Positions 16,385 to 24,829 of a stretch of DNA of 42,026 nt are shown in pieces. Below the pieces are notes generated by a model. That model made no database searches, was not told the DNA's origin, and saw nothing but the letters and a program-made list of their open reading frames with translations. The position numbers were made by a program, and so were the translations under genes. Position 1 is the first letter of the stretch. Every line of letters begins with the position of its first letter. Source of the stretch: a virus; UHGV virus genome UHGV-0211193. The stretch is one strand, 5' to 3'.

Positions 16385-16822
16385 CTAGTTCGAGGTTTCG
16401 CCTTGTTTTAAAAAATCAAGATGCAAGCCAATAACTTGAGCAGCCAAGAAAGTGAAATTCTGCATATCTTGAATTTCTTGATCCCAAATACACATCCGCT
16501 CTTGACCGCCTTTAGGTACGATCTGAACACATTTATCAAGCAATTCAAACTTTAATCGGCGTGATTCTTCTGGTTTGATGCGACCTAGGATTGAGCCAAT
16601 AGCAGCGCCAATTTCGATCATGCCTGCCATGCTCTTTGTATCAAGGTTCATGACATTGACATTTTTCAAATCCATTCCCGCAGTTGCAGCATGATAAAAC
16701 AATTCATGCGCCCATTCATCAGCCTGAATTGCGGGCATTTCAGTAATTAAAAATGTTTTCCCTTTGTCACGACCTTTTTCAATCGTTACTGTTTTTTTCT
16801 TTAAGCCATTACTCATTTTCAC
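16385..16822 (-). CDS. Tail assembly chaperone (gpG-like; in-frame product).
   Basis: 145 aa, lying between the tail tube and tape measure genes. Contains the frameshift site near its 3' end. Confidence 0.55.
   Translation of the reverse strand: MKMSNGLKKKTVTIEKGRDKGKTFLITEMPAIQADEWAHELFYHAATAGMDLKNVNVMNLDTKSMAGMIEIGAAIGSILGRIKPEESRRLKFELLDKCVQIVPKGGQERMCIWDQEIQDMQNFTFLAAQVIGLHLDFLKQGETSN
16409..16415 (-). promoter_or_regulatory. Programmed -1 ribosomal frameshift slippery site U UUU UUA (plus strand: TAAAAAA).
   Basis: Minus-strand codons GAT TTT TTA AAA. Slipping back by 1 nt gives TTT TTT AAA ACA AGG..., which continues without a stop into ORF 16155-16352. Confidence 0.6.
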
Positions 16823-16830
16823 ACCCTAAA

Positions 16831-16853
16831 AGTAAGAAAGGGGATTTCTCCCC
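16831..16853 (-). terminator. Rho-independent terminator after the tail tube gene (GGGGA-uuuc-UCCCC followed by a U-rich tract on the minus strand).
   Basis: 5-bp GC stem at 16840-16853. The following plus-strand tract AGTAAGAAAG gives CUUUCUUACU on the minus strand. Confidence 0.5.
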
Positions 16854-16860
16854 TTATTGG

Positions 16861-17310
16861 TTAGTTAATTTCTTCGATACCATCTGAAATGAAGTTAAAT
16901 ACGTATGTATGACCAGTTAAAAGCTGAGCAATACCAGTACCGCCTGATTTAGTAATCATTGGGCCTGAGAATGTCTGCTTGCGCTTAACCGATGGGTACA
17001 GAACTTGGATTTCACATAAGCGAGATTCCATGTTCTTAATACTATCATTATAAACGTTTTCCATAACCATGATGGAAGGGCTGTTTGCTTCTAATGATAC
17101 AGTTGTAGGTGTTTCATGTGGAATAAAACCAAATGACTGCTTACCATCCACGCCCATACGGCTTTGAGCTAATGTAACGTCAGCCAAACTTAAAAACGCA
17201 TCAGACTGAGCGCCAGTTAATTGAATCCAGTTATCATACACGCCAGCGCAACGAAAGAGAATTACACTATTCGCGGCTGTAATCGTATTTGGATTATGAC
17301 CCATTGGCAT
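16861..17310 (-). CDS. Tail tube protein.
   Basis: 149 aa, directly downstream of the sheath gene and followed by a terminator hairpin. Confidence 0.55.
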   Translation of the reverse strand: MPMGHNPNTITAANSVILFRCAGVYDNWIQLTGAQSDAFLSLADVTLAQSRMGVDGKQSFGFIPHETPTTVSLEANSPSIMVMENVYNDSIKNMESRLCEIQVLYPSVKRKQTFSGPMITKSGGTGIAQLLTGHTYVFNFISDGIEEIN

Positions 17311-17321
17311 AGCTAATCCCC

Positions 17322-18782
17322 TTATTGAACGTTAGTAACAGTTGTTTCAAGGCGCTGTACGCTTGAACCATCTGTGTAGAAGATTTTACGAATAGGCGTG
17401 CCGCGCTCGATACGAACCTGTGTTGAAGGTTGTTGAATCGAGATTGCCCAGCCTTTTGTGAATAATTGGCTCGCAGCATCAAAACCAGCTTCTTGATTGA
17501 TCTGGAACTTTTGAGCTTCAGACAACTCTACACCAGCTTGGATGCCACCAAAGTTTACACCTTGATTGATTGGATCTTGCAAATATGCGCGCTGGATAGC
17601 CTCACCAATTTGGTTGTATGGCACAGTGCCCTGAGAACGCAACATATTAATATCAGCAAGCTGAATTTGAGATGCCAAGAAGATCCAAAAGTCTTGGTTA
17701 TCAATCCATTTGAATTTGCCAGTTACAGCGCCAATCCCCGCCATTTGGAAGCGATCGTTTGCAGTAGCCCAAGCGCCATAGAACGAGCAACCTTTAGATT
17801 TAAGCAGATTCGCTTCATCTTCATCAGTTACTTCAGCAACTAGACCAGCTTGGCTACGGAACATTGTAGTGGTTCGCCCATTGGTTTCTTCATAGTTTAC
17901 AGATGCAGAAACACCACAGAAGAACATTGCTTTTTCAAATGCGCCATATAAAGGGACAATACCTTCAGTATTTTCACCAGCCCACACAGGGAAATCCAAG
18001 CCACTTTGACCCAGCCATAAAGGATCCATTGACCACACATAGAACTTGTAGCGTGAATTTTGCTGAGTCACCCAAGATGAAAAGGCTCGATATGCTGCTT
18101 CATCCATTGTATCAGGCGAGAATGTGAAGTTCACAAAGTTCTTGCTAAACTTTAATGCACGTTTTGCAGCAGTTTCAGCACTATCAGCAAGCACATCATT
18201 ATCAAGTGTAGCACCAGTCTCTTGTGTAAGCTTTAATGCAGCAGCAGTCGCGCCACTAGCAAAACTCAATGTTGAAGTTGCCCCAGTAGTACCCGATGTG
18301 ATGACAAAACCTTTTACAGTTGATAAGTACACACATGTAACACTTAAAGCAGTGGCAATGACAGCAGCAGCATCACTTAAACTATTAGCCGTAGACAGGT
18401 CGATAGTTCCAGATTTTTCAACACCATCTACAACCACAGATAAAGTACCAGTAATTGCTTTGATTTGTGCAGTAGTTAAGCCAGAAACATCGCCGCCAAT
18501 CAAAGAAGCAGAATCATCTTCTTTATTGTACTTGCTAATAAATAACGAATTTGGTCGAGTAGTAGCGCCATCAAAGCCATTAAAATAAATTACTGCGCCT
18601 TTGTAAATTTCGCTAGTCAAGCCGTAGTGCTGACCAACAAGTGAAGCAGTTGTGTATTCGAAATTAGGGTAAACCGCATCACTAACAAATAGCGTAGTGT
18701 TTAGCCCCAATGGATTTCCACCGCCACCAATTACGGCAGGGTAGACAGCAGCAATATTGCTAGCTGGAATTGAATCAAACAT
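17322..18782 (-). CDS. Tail sheath protein (contractile tail).
   Basis: 486 aa. RBS GGAG 8 nt before ATG 18782. Position before the tube gene. Confidence 0.65.
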   Translation of the reverse strand: MFDSIPASNIAAVYPAVIGGGGNPLGLNTTLFVSDAVYPNFEYTTASLVGQHYGLTSEIYKGAVIYFNGFDGATTRPNSLFISKYNKEDDSASLIGGDVSGLTTAQIKAITGTLSVVVDGVEKSGTIDLSTANSLSDAAAVIATALSVTCVYLSTVKGFVITSGTTGATSTLSFASGATAAALKLTQETGATLDNDVLADSAETAAKRALKFSKNFVNFTFSPDTMDEAAYRAFSSWVTQQNSRYKFYVWSMDPLWLGQSGLDFPVWAGENTEGIVPLYGAFEKAMFFCGVSASVNYEETNGRTTTMFRSQAGLVAEVTDEDEANLLKSKGCSFYGAWATANDRFQMAGIGAVTGKFKWIDNQDFWIFLASQIQLADINMLRSQGTVPYNQIGEAIQRAYLQDPINQGVNFGGIQAGVELSEAQKFQINQEAGFDAASQLFTKGWAISIQQPSTQVRIERGTPIRKIFYTDGSSVQRLETTVTNVQ

Positions 18783-19266
18783 TGTTTAACTCCGTTGTAA
18801 TGTCAGATGCATCTGCCACTATATTAACTGTTTTTTGATACTTTGTATTGTATTGCAATTCAAGGTCTAGCATAAAGCGCAATTCATACAAACCCGCCTC
18901 ATTCACAAAGCTTAAATCTCTAACCATTGGAGTTGAAAGCGGCACACAGTTTTGCAGAATATCCGTAGTATATATTGTATTCCATAGTGTTGACACTTGT
19001 TGCGCCCGATCAAATGCAGATTCACCGTAAAAATCTAGCTGCATGATTCCTTGCATGGAGTTAAAGATAATTTGTTGGTCGCCTTCATAAGCTACAGAAT
19101 GCTGGTCCAAGTGGCGACCATTCCTATAAGTCATGATAATGGCGTTTTTAGGGATGGGGTTTAAATTGTTGTAACCTTTGATAACAGTGGTATCTGTAGT
19201 CGGTAATTCAAATGTAGTTAGCAAGTAGCTACGCATATCAGCATAGAGCGTATTTAATATGTTCAT
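18775..19266 (-). CDS. Hypothetical virion protein (tail completion or neck).
   Basis: ORF overlapping the sheath start by 8 nt. Located between the connector and tail modules. Confidence 0.4.
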   Translation of the reverse strand: MNILNTLYADMRSYLLTTFELPTTDTTVIKGYNNLNPIPKNAIIMTYRNGRHLDQHSVAYEGDQQIIFNSMQGIMQLDFYGESAFDRAQQVSTLWNTIYTTDILQNCVPLSTPMVRDLSFVNEAGLYELRFMLDLELQYNTKYQKTVNIVADASDITTELNNV

Positions 19267-19766
19267 GGCGCAAATACCCCTTGTGTAAATGGCTTAGCTT
19301 CTGAGCCATTAAAGCCGAAATAACGCGCATCATGTGGCGATTCTTTACCAGTATTTTGAACTAGCACTTTTACCCAGCCACGATAGTTATTTTCACCCTC
19401 TACAGCAATTTCCTCCGACCATGACTCAATAACAGCTTTAACTTGCCATTCAGTCGGAAATTCTTCACCGTATGGATTCATAACAATGATTGACGTGCCT
19501 TTGTTCATGGCGCGTCTAATCGCTGGGATCATGCCATCTGCATAGATAGATAGAAATTGACCTTGTTGCCCAGCAAACCCCATATGCTTTAAATCTTCAA
19601 CACTCATCGATTGAGCCTGAATAATTTTAGGCTGTACTAAGTATTGCGGTATTTGATCACCAGATTCATTAACAGTGTATCCAGTGCTGACCTTTAACAA
19701 TGCCTCAATGTTGTTATTGACTGCACTTGTTAGCCCGTTTGCTATCTTTCTTAATGCCAAGCCCAT
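19263..19766 (-). CDS. Hypothetical virion protein of 167 aa.
   Basis: ATGA overlap with the downstream gene. There is no SD sequence before ATG 19766. Confidence 0.4.
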   Translation of the reverse strand: MGLALRKIANGLTSAVNNNIEALLKVSTGYTVNESGDQIPQYLVQPKIIQAQSMSVEDLKHMGFAGQQGQFLSIYADGMIPAIRRAMNKGTSIIVMNPYGEEFPTEWQVKAVIESWSEEIAVEGENNYRGWVKVLVQNTGKESPHDARYFGFNGSEAKPFTQGVFAP

Positions 19767-19767
19767 A

Positions 19768-19800
19768 ATAAAAAAGCCCCATGTGGTATGAGGCTATTTT
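19768..19800 (-). terminator. Terminator-like hairpin (AGCCUCAU-accac-AUGGGGCU, one C-A mismatch, followed by U6 on the minus strand) that abuts the start codon at 19766.
   Basis: 8-bp stem plus a plus-strand A-run at 19768-19774. This would end a transcript coming from the ORF-free region upstream. Confidence 0.45.
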
Positions 19801-19959
19801 ATCATTATTCATTGCTACTAGCTAAGCATGAATAAAATTCATCTTTTGCCAGAATAAGTGAATGATTTTAACTTTGTATTGAAAAATACTGAATAAATCA
19901 AAACAAACATGAAAAATTTTCATATTTAATAAAATTCAGATTTGATAATATTTAATAGT

Positions 19960-20200
19960 GCTTATAAGCAGTGTCGAACTAAGCAATCGGTTATGTGGTC
20001 GGGAATCGTAACGGCAGCGCATGGCTTAAATAATCCTGTACTGTGAGGGTCAAGCAAACAGGAATCTGTAGGAATAGTCAGTAATGGCGTGGTGAGCAGA
20101 GCTTGGAGTGAGTTAAATCACTGTATTCACCAACTCAAACAAGTTAAATAAGGTTTGAGACTTTTGATCGACAATCGGCTCCAGTAGCATAAGTTGATAA
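19960..20200 (-). ncRNA. Candidate structured non-coding RNA within a 590-bp ORF-free gap. Its strand is inferred from the flanking promoter-like motif and terminator.
   Basis: No ORF longer than 30 aa with an RBS on either strand. GC content is normal between AT-rich flanks. Several local hairpins are visible (for example CUCAAAC-12 nt-GUUUGAG). A degenerate promoter motif (20266-20283) lies upstream and a terminator (19768-19800) downstream. Confidence 0.3.
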
Positions 20201-20321
20201 AGTTAATATTCAAGATTGTTTTTTTATAAACAGTCTAAGGATGAATATTAACTTTTTTCTCTCCAATCTCACCTATAGCATTTATTTATATATATTATTA
20301 ATCTAATAGTGTTTAAAAATT

Positions 20322-20344
20322 AAAAACCCCATCTTTCGATAGGG
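20322..20344 (-). terminator. Rho-independent terminator after the coiled-coil gene (CCCUAU-cgaaag-AUGGGG followed by U5).
   Basis: Stem with one G-U wobble and a loop CGAAAG, followed by a T-run on the minus strand. Confidence 0.55.
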
Positions 20345-20354
20345 CTATTTAAGA

Positions 20355-21419
20355 TTAATACTTTACAGAAACGCAGGGAACTTGATTATTGGCAATCGCA
20401 GTAATGACAGCTTTTGCTTGACCCTCATCCAATCCAATTTCACAAAGCTTATTTAGAATTTCTCGATTTATAGAACGCATGTGTTCTTTATTTGCTAAGC
20501 GTGCTGCTTCCGCTTCCTGATCAGCTTTAATCCTTGCAGCTTGTTCAGCTTCAATACGTAAACGCTCAGCTTTAATAGCTTGTTGTTTTTGAATTTCAGC
20601 TTGTTTTGCTTGTTCAATTGCTTGCTGTTTCAACTGCTCTTCACGCAAGATTGCGGCTTCATGTTCTGCTTTAAGTCGAGCTTCACGCTCAGCAGATTCA
20701 CGAGCTAATTTTTCAGCCTGTTCACGCTCTGCTTGAGCTTTCTTTTCAGCTTCGATTCGTGCATTTTCAGCAGCTTGACGAGCAATAGCCTCATCACGTT
20801 CTTTTTGCTGGCGCTCAATTTCAGCTTGACGCAAACGCTCTAATTTAGCCTGTTCGGCTTCATATTTTTCACGTGCAGCCAGGGCAGTGCGTAGCTTTTC
20901 AAGCGTTTCAAATTTTGCAAGTTTTGCTTCTTGTTCGAATTCTTCAAAAGAGGAATCAACTTCTAATTTTTCAAGATCAAAGATATAACCCTTAATCTCG
21001 TGAGATTCTTTATTCAAGATGTTTTCACCATGCAAGCTATGAATGGCTCTAATTACCGCTTGATGCTTTGCAACACGATCATTTTCCGCTTGCTCCCATT
21101 CATCTAAAGGTTTGCGAATTTCATCACGCAATGCATCACACTGATCACGCCATGCTTTACGATCACGATCAATTACAGCAGCTTGTGCCTTAATACCAGC
21201 AACTAAGTCTTTACCATGATTATCTACAGCAGTTTTAGATTTACTTACTTTGTATGCTTGTGAAGCAATAGCATCACGGCCTTTTTTGGTTGAGACATCA
21301 GGAACAATTGATCGCGCTTGCTCAGCCATGCGATCAAATAAATCTTGAATGCCATTTTCTTTTTGAAAAGCAACGACAATTGCGCTTTGTTCAATAACTT
21401 GTAATTCTAAATCATTCAT
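20355..21419 (-). CDS. Highly charged alanine/glutamate/glutamine/lysine-rich coiled-coil protein of unknown function. ATG 21419 is preferred over the upstream TTG at 21446.
   Basis: Long EAEQAK/ERQA repeat region of about 150 aa. RBS AAGGGAG before ATG 21419. It has its own upstream promoter motif and a downstream terminator. Confidence 0.55.
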   Translation of the reverse strand: MNDLELQVIEQSAIVVAFQKENGIQDLFDRMAEQARSIVPDVSTKKGRDAIASQAYKVSKSKTAVDNHGKDLVAGIKAQAAVIDRDRKAWRDQCDALRDEIRKPLDEWEQAENDRVAKHQAVIRAIHSLHGENILNKESHEIKGYIFDLEKLEVDSSFEEFEQEAKLAKFETLEKLRTALAAREKYEAEQAKLERLRQAEIERQQKERDEAIARQAAENARIEAEKKAQAEREQAEKLARESAEREARLKAEHEAAILREEQLKQQAIEQAKQAEIQKQQAIKAERLRIEAEQAARIKADQEAEAARLANKEHMRSINREILNKLCEIGLDEGQAKAVITAIANNQVPCVSVKY

Positions 21420-21454
21420 TTCAAAAACTCCCTTAAAGTAAATCAATAATAATA

Positions 21455-21470
21455 CTTCGCTATAGTAAAT
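21455..21470 (-). promoter_or_regulatory. Copy of the conserved promoter-associated motif (ATTTACTATAGCGAAG, minus orientation) upstream of the coiled-coil gene.
   Basis: 15 of 16 positions match the TTTACTATAGCGAATAT family. About 36 nt upstream of ATG 21419. Confidence 0.5.
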
Positions 21471-21489
21471 GCAATAGTTGTTTAAATAA

Positions 21490-21672
21490 TTATTTCAATG
21501 TCGTTTTCCACATTGTTTGATTGTAGATAAGTAATGCCTTCATATAATCGTCAATGCACTTCTTTAAATCCACGCTACCTAAGTGTTTTGCTTCCATATC
21601 CTTAAAATTATCAACAGCTTTCTCAGTTAAGTTGAATAACTTTTGTGAGTCTAAAATCATGATCATTCTCAT
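21490..21672 (-). CDS. Hypothetical small protein of 60 aa.
   Basis: ORF in the head-tail connector region with an ATGA overlap with the upstream gene. Confidence 0.35.
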   Translation of the reverse strand: MRMIMILDSQKLFNLTEKAVDNFKDMEAKHLGSVDLKKCIDDYMKALLIYNQTMWKTTLK

Positions 21673-22106
21673 AGTTTGCCCTCTACAATCTCATAAGTAA
21701 AAGAGTCATGCATTAGCATAGTATCACGCAACGGCGCCGAGAAGCCCTTCTTGGCAATAGTCGCAGGAGCATTTGGTGGCAATTCCCATGTCATAATCGA
21801 ATACTGAATATCACCTTGCATTTGCGTTCCAACCAAGCCCAATATCTTCTCAATCGAATAACCAGCTTTAGCGCCTTGTTGCGCTAGTTTAGCCCAGTTT
21901 TCCTTCTGCTCTTTTACAGTGGTTCTAATGAATGCACGGCTAGGGGTGTTCTTCCAGCTGTACTCATTCTTATACGCCACAGTAGCAACGTTTGTGCCAT
22001 CTGGATATTTAGACCCAGCCATAACACCAGCTTTAACGTATTGATCGTTTCTAGTTAAAAGCCTGTTTAGAGCTTGGTCTAGTGAGCCTTTTTTTTTGAT
22101 TGACAT
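21669..22106 (-). CDS. Hypothetical protein, possibly head-tail joining or tail terminator (145 aa).
   Basis: Position between the head completion and tail genes. Confidence 0.35.
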   Translation of the reverse strand: MSIKKKGSLDQALNRLLTRNDQYVKAGVMAGSKYPDGTNVATVAYKNEYSWKNTPSRAFIRTTVKEQKENWAKLAQQGAKAGYSIEKILGLVGTQMQGDIQYSIMTWELPPNAPATIAKKGFSAPLRDTMLMHDSFTYEIVEGKL

Positions 22107-22107
22107 A

Positions 22108-22410
22108 TTAAAATTCCCTCATGTTCTTAGCTATCAACCAGCAATCCCAAGCTAAATTTAAAGACATCAACCCATCCCAGTCTTTTGAGTTATATTCTCT
22201 TTCATCCTTAAACATAAAATCCCATTTATGATGCCCAGACTCAGAATTAAAAATAAATTCAGATAAGTAATGATTGTTAAATCCATTTAGACTCCTTCCA
22301 ATACCAAGATCAAGAAATAATTTTAATTCATCCTTAAACTCATCTTCACCAATTAACTCTAATTTCGGAGATGTTGGATCATTCATATTTAAATTTATAA
22401 GTATGCTCAT
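22108..22410 (-). CDS. Hypothetical protein of 100 aa.
   Basis: ORF lying 2 nt after the upstream stop. Confidence 0.35.
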   Translation of the reverse strand: MSILINLNMNDPTSPKLELIGEDEFKDELKLFLDLGIGRSLNGFNNHYLSEFIFNSESGHHKWDFMFKDEREYNSKDWDGLMSLNLAWDCWLIAKNMREF

Positions 22411-22421
22411 AATTCACTCCC

Positions 22422-22447
22422 AAAATAAAACCCATCAGGCCGATGGG
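22422..22447 (-). terminator. Rho-independent terminator (CCCAUC-ggccu-GAUGGG followed by a U-rich tract on the minus strand).
   Basis: 6-bp GC-rich stem. Plus-strand A-run at 22422-22430. Confidence 0.5.
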
Positions 22448-22463
22448 CTATGTCAAATCAATT

Positions 22464-22688
22464 TTATTTAGACTCTATTTTTACCATAGACTCAATAGTT
22501 GTATTAGAGGCTTTTAATACCTCGGTTAGATTCGCCAAAGCTTTTGCATTCTCAATTAGTCCAGTTGCTATTAAGTTAATTGCCTCAACAGCTTTCGCAT
22601 CGTATTGAACACCAACAAAACTGCTGTTTTGAATAACGTTTGATTCTTTATTTTCAATAGCTTCTAAAATTTTATCTAGTTTTGACAT
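22464..22688 (-). CDS. Hypothetical protein of 74 aa.
   Basis: ORF flanked by hairpin terminators. Confidence 0.35.
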   Translation of the reverse strand: MSKLDKILEAIENKESNVIQNSSFVGVQYDAKAVEAINLIATGLIENAKALANLTEVLKASNTTIESMVKIESK

Positions 22689-22700
22689 TTCACTTCTCCT

Positions 22701-22730
22701 ATAAAAGTAAACCCATCATAACAGATGGGT
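22701..22730 (-). terminator. Hairpin ACCCAUC-6 nt-GAUGGGU with a U-rich tail on the minus strand.
   Basis: 7-bp stem. It shares the CCCATC...GATGGG core with the 22431 hairpin. Confidence 0.4.
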
Positions 22731-22749
22731 TCGCTTTAGTAAATATTAA

Positions 22750-22935
22750 TTAGCTTATTCCATAACCGTCAATTTGAGTCTTTATGTCCTTAGCCTTATT
22801 TAATGCATCCCTTAAACTCTTTCTTCGCTCTTCTGGTGTCGACCCTAGAATTCGAGTTCCCCCAAAATTATTGCCAATTTTAATAAGCTCAATCATTGCT
22901 GGATTTATTTTTCGACCTTCCATAATTAACCCCAA
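22750..22935 (-). CDS. Hypothetical protein of 61 aa.
   Basis: ORF with coding context. Confidence 0.3.
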   Translation of the reverse strand: MGLIMEGRKINPAMIELIKIGNNFGGTRILGSTPEERRKSLRDALNKAKDIKTQIDGYGIS

Positions 22936-23375
22936 AAATTAAAAGGTGATCTAAAACGACTTCTACGTACTGGCATAGGCGATTGAGCAGACACCCATAG
23001 GGCAGAGCGGTATTTAGAAGTCCATGCGTAGAACTTAGCCCCGTATGGCGTCTGATTGAGCCACTGAGCTAAGGCAGTTGGGCTACTTAGGTAATCAGTG
23101 CTAATTGAAACACTGCCTTCAGTAGCCGAACTGATACGACCAACTAAACCAGTATTTCCCTCATTGATCCTATCTTGCAATGCAGCTTGGTGAGCCACCA
23201 AAAGATAAAAGAATTTCTTTCGATCTTTTAAGCCAATGCAAGAACTTTCAGTATTATCTAAAACAGTATTTTCAACCTCTTCGAAAAACTGTGTTAGCTG
23301 TTCATCCGTGAACTTTGAAAACTGCGGGAATGCAGCCTTGAAAGCAGCAGGATCAAAGACGAAAACATTAGACAT
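22926..23375 (-). CDS. Hypothetical head-tail connector protein of 149 aa.
   Basis: Lies downstream of the capsid gene and is coupled to 23375-23716 (ATGA). Confidence 0.35.
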   Translation of the reverse strand: MSNVFVFDPAAFKAAFPQFSKFTDEQLTQFFEEVENTVLDNTESSCIGLKDRKKFFYLLVAHQAALQDRINEGNTGLVGRISSATEGSVSISTDYLSSPTALAQWLNQTPYGAKFYAWTSKYRSALWVSAQSPMPVRRSRFRSPFNFWG

Positions 23376-23716
23376 TATTTGGTCTCTTTAGTTACACCAT
23401 CAACTTCTTTGTTTGGATCTAAAGCTTCCATACCAGATTTAACACCAGTACGTTCTTTAGTTGCAGCCTTAGCAGTGTTTTCAGTCGATTCAGCAAACAC
23501 ATTGCCATTAGCAACAAGTGGATGATCCTTGTAAATTGAAAGCCATTTTTTCCAAAACTCAGCGTCAACATCACTTGTTAAGGCAGCTTGTGTGCCATCA
23601 AGTAAGCGGACTACTAGGGACTCTTTTGAGTTCCAGCCATTGATAGTATGAGTAACTCCATCAACTTCCATGATAAAGCCATTAGGTGTTTTGCAAGATA
23701 CAACTACAGTTGCCAT
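23375..23716 (-). CDS. Hypothetical protein of 113 aa (head completion position).
   Basis: Gene order. Confidence 0.35.
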   Translation of the reverse strand: MATVVVSCKTPNGFIMEVDGVTHTINGWNSKESLVVRLLDGTQAALTSDVDAEFWKKWLSIYKDHPLVANGNVFAESTENTAKAATKERTGVKSGMEALDPNKEVDGVTKETK

Positions 23717-23752
23717 TGATTGAACCTCTTATAAGATGTCTTTATATTAATA

Positions 23753-23787
23753 CAAAAAAAACACCACCGCTAGGGTAGTGCCTTTTT
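23753..23787. terminator. Strong bidirectional terminator after the major capsid gene (A8, CACCACC-gcuag-GGUAGUG, T5).
   Basis: 7-bp stem with one G-U wobble. An A-run lies upstream and a T-run downstream. Confidence 0.6.
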
Positions 23788-23802
23788 ATATGTTTTGTGT
23801 GC

Positions 23803-24819
23803 TTATGCAGTCGTGTTAGATGCAAGCATTCCAGCAACAAACATTGGATAGTAAATGATTGCGCCTAATGTTGATTGAGAGCGTTTTTGTAACCAACCAG
23901 TAGTTTTCTGCTCAACAGCACCAGCCATCATTTTAGTGGTGAAAGAAAGTTCGATTGTTTTGCGATTCAAGTAAGAATCTAAAACTAATTGAAGCTTTTC
24001 ACCAGCAGCAGTCGAATACTCAGGCACAGATTCAATCTTCAAGTTAGGGAAGTTTTTCATTAACAAATCATATACGTTTAAGCCGTATTGGTTTGTTTTG
24101 TGTAAGTGAGCTTCCATAGCTGGAGATAAAGTAAACGTCATTGCGTCACGTGCTTTAACATTACCTTTTGCTTGTGTAACAAGTTGGTTGTAGAGCTTTT
24201 GGAACTCAGCATAAACTTGCTCAGCAGTTGCAGTATTCCAGTTAATACCTACGATGTCAGGAAGCAAACTAGGGTCATTTAATGTACCGTAGTTTTGAAG
24301 ACCATCAACACCATAGATATAAGTCTGGTTTTGGTATTTATTTAACACCAACATTGCAGCTTCTTGCTCGGCGCTTACTAGATCATATTTAGCAGCAGCA
24401 GCACGTTCAATCTCAATAGTACCGATCTTAACGTGTGTTTGATAGTGGAATGGTTGACGTGACACCCAGTTCACGTTTGAGCCAGCCATACCATTATCAT
24501 TAAAGTCGCCATAAGCAGATGTAAAACCGTTTAACTCGCGAACTGGAATAGCTACACTAGTATCAGTGATATTGCCCTTTTGAGCTTCGGTGTAAATCTC
24601 TGCCATTCGCATTGGAGCAATGACAGCTTGAACAAACGAAGGATCAACCCAAGTTGTTAAGGCAGCAATTACACCAGCGTTGGCAGCAGTTTGCGCTGTA
24701 CCGTATGTATAGTCAGCATCCATTGCAAGTGGATCACCATCACGACCAATGATTTTTGCATTCAAAGGAAAGTTTGTTCCTAACTTTCGGTTGATTGCTT
24801 GAATATCGCTACGATTCAT
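23803..24819 (-). CDS. Major capsid protein, likely lambda gpE-like.
   Basis: 338 aa. Located after the protease/scaffold gene and the decoration-like gene. Followed by a strong terminator. Confidence 0.55.
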   Translation of the reverse strand: MNRSDIQAINRKLGTNFPLNAKIIGRDGDPLAMDADYTYGTAQTAANAGVIAALTTWVDPSFVQAVIAPMRMAEIYTEAQKGNITDTSVAIPVRELNGFTSAYGDFNDNGMAGSNVNWVSRQPFHYQTHVKIGTIEIERAAAAKYDLVSAEQEAAMLVLNKYQNQTYIYGVDGLQNYGTLNDPSLLPDIVGINWNTATAEQVYAEFQKLYNQLVTQAKGNVKARDAMTFTLSPAMEAHLHKTNQYGLNVYDLLMKNFPNLKIESVPEYSTAAGEKLQLVLDSYLNRKTIELSFTTKMMAGAVEQKTTGWLQKRSQSTLGAIIYYPMFVAGMLASNTTA

Positions 24820-24829
24820 TTAATGCTCC

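Noticed and set aside
17294-17482. 62-aa ORF overlapping the 3' end of the sheath gene in another frame
   Set aside because: It is entirely nested within or overlapping the well-supported sheath gene, has no RBS and its composition looks antisense-like. It is probably spurious.
19960-20200. Small protein-coding genes in the ORF-free core (25-aa and 28-aa ATG ORFs on the minus strand)
   Set aside because: Neither has a Shine-Dalgarno sequence or coupling to neighbours. A non-coding interpretation is favoured, though it cannot be excluded without expression data.
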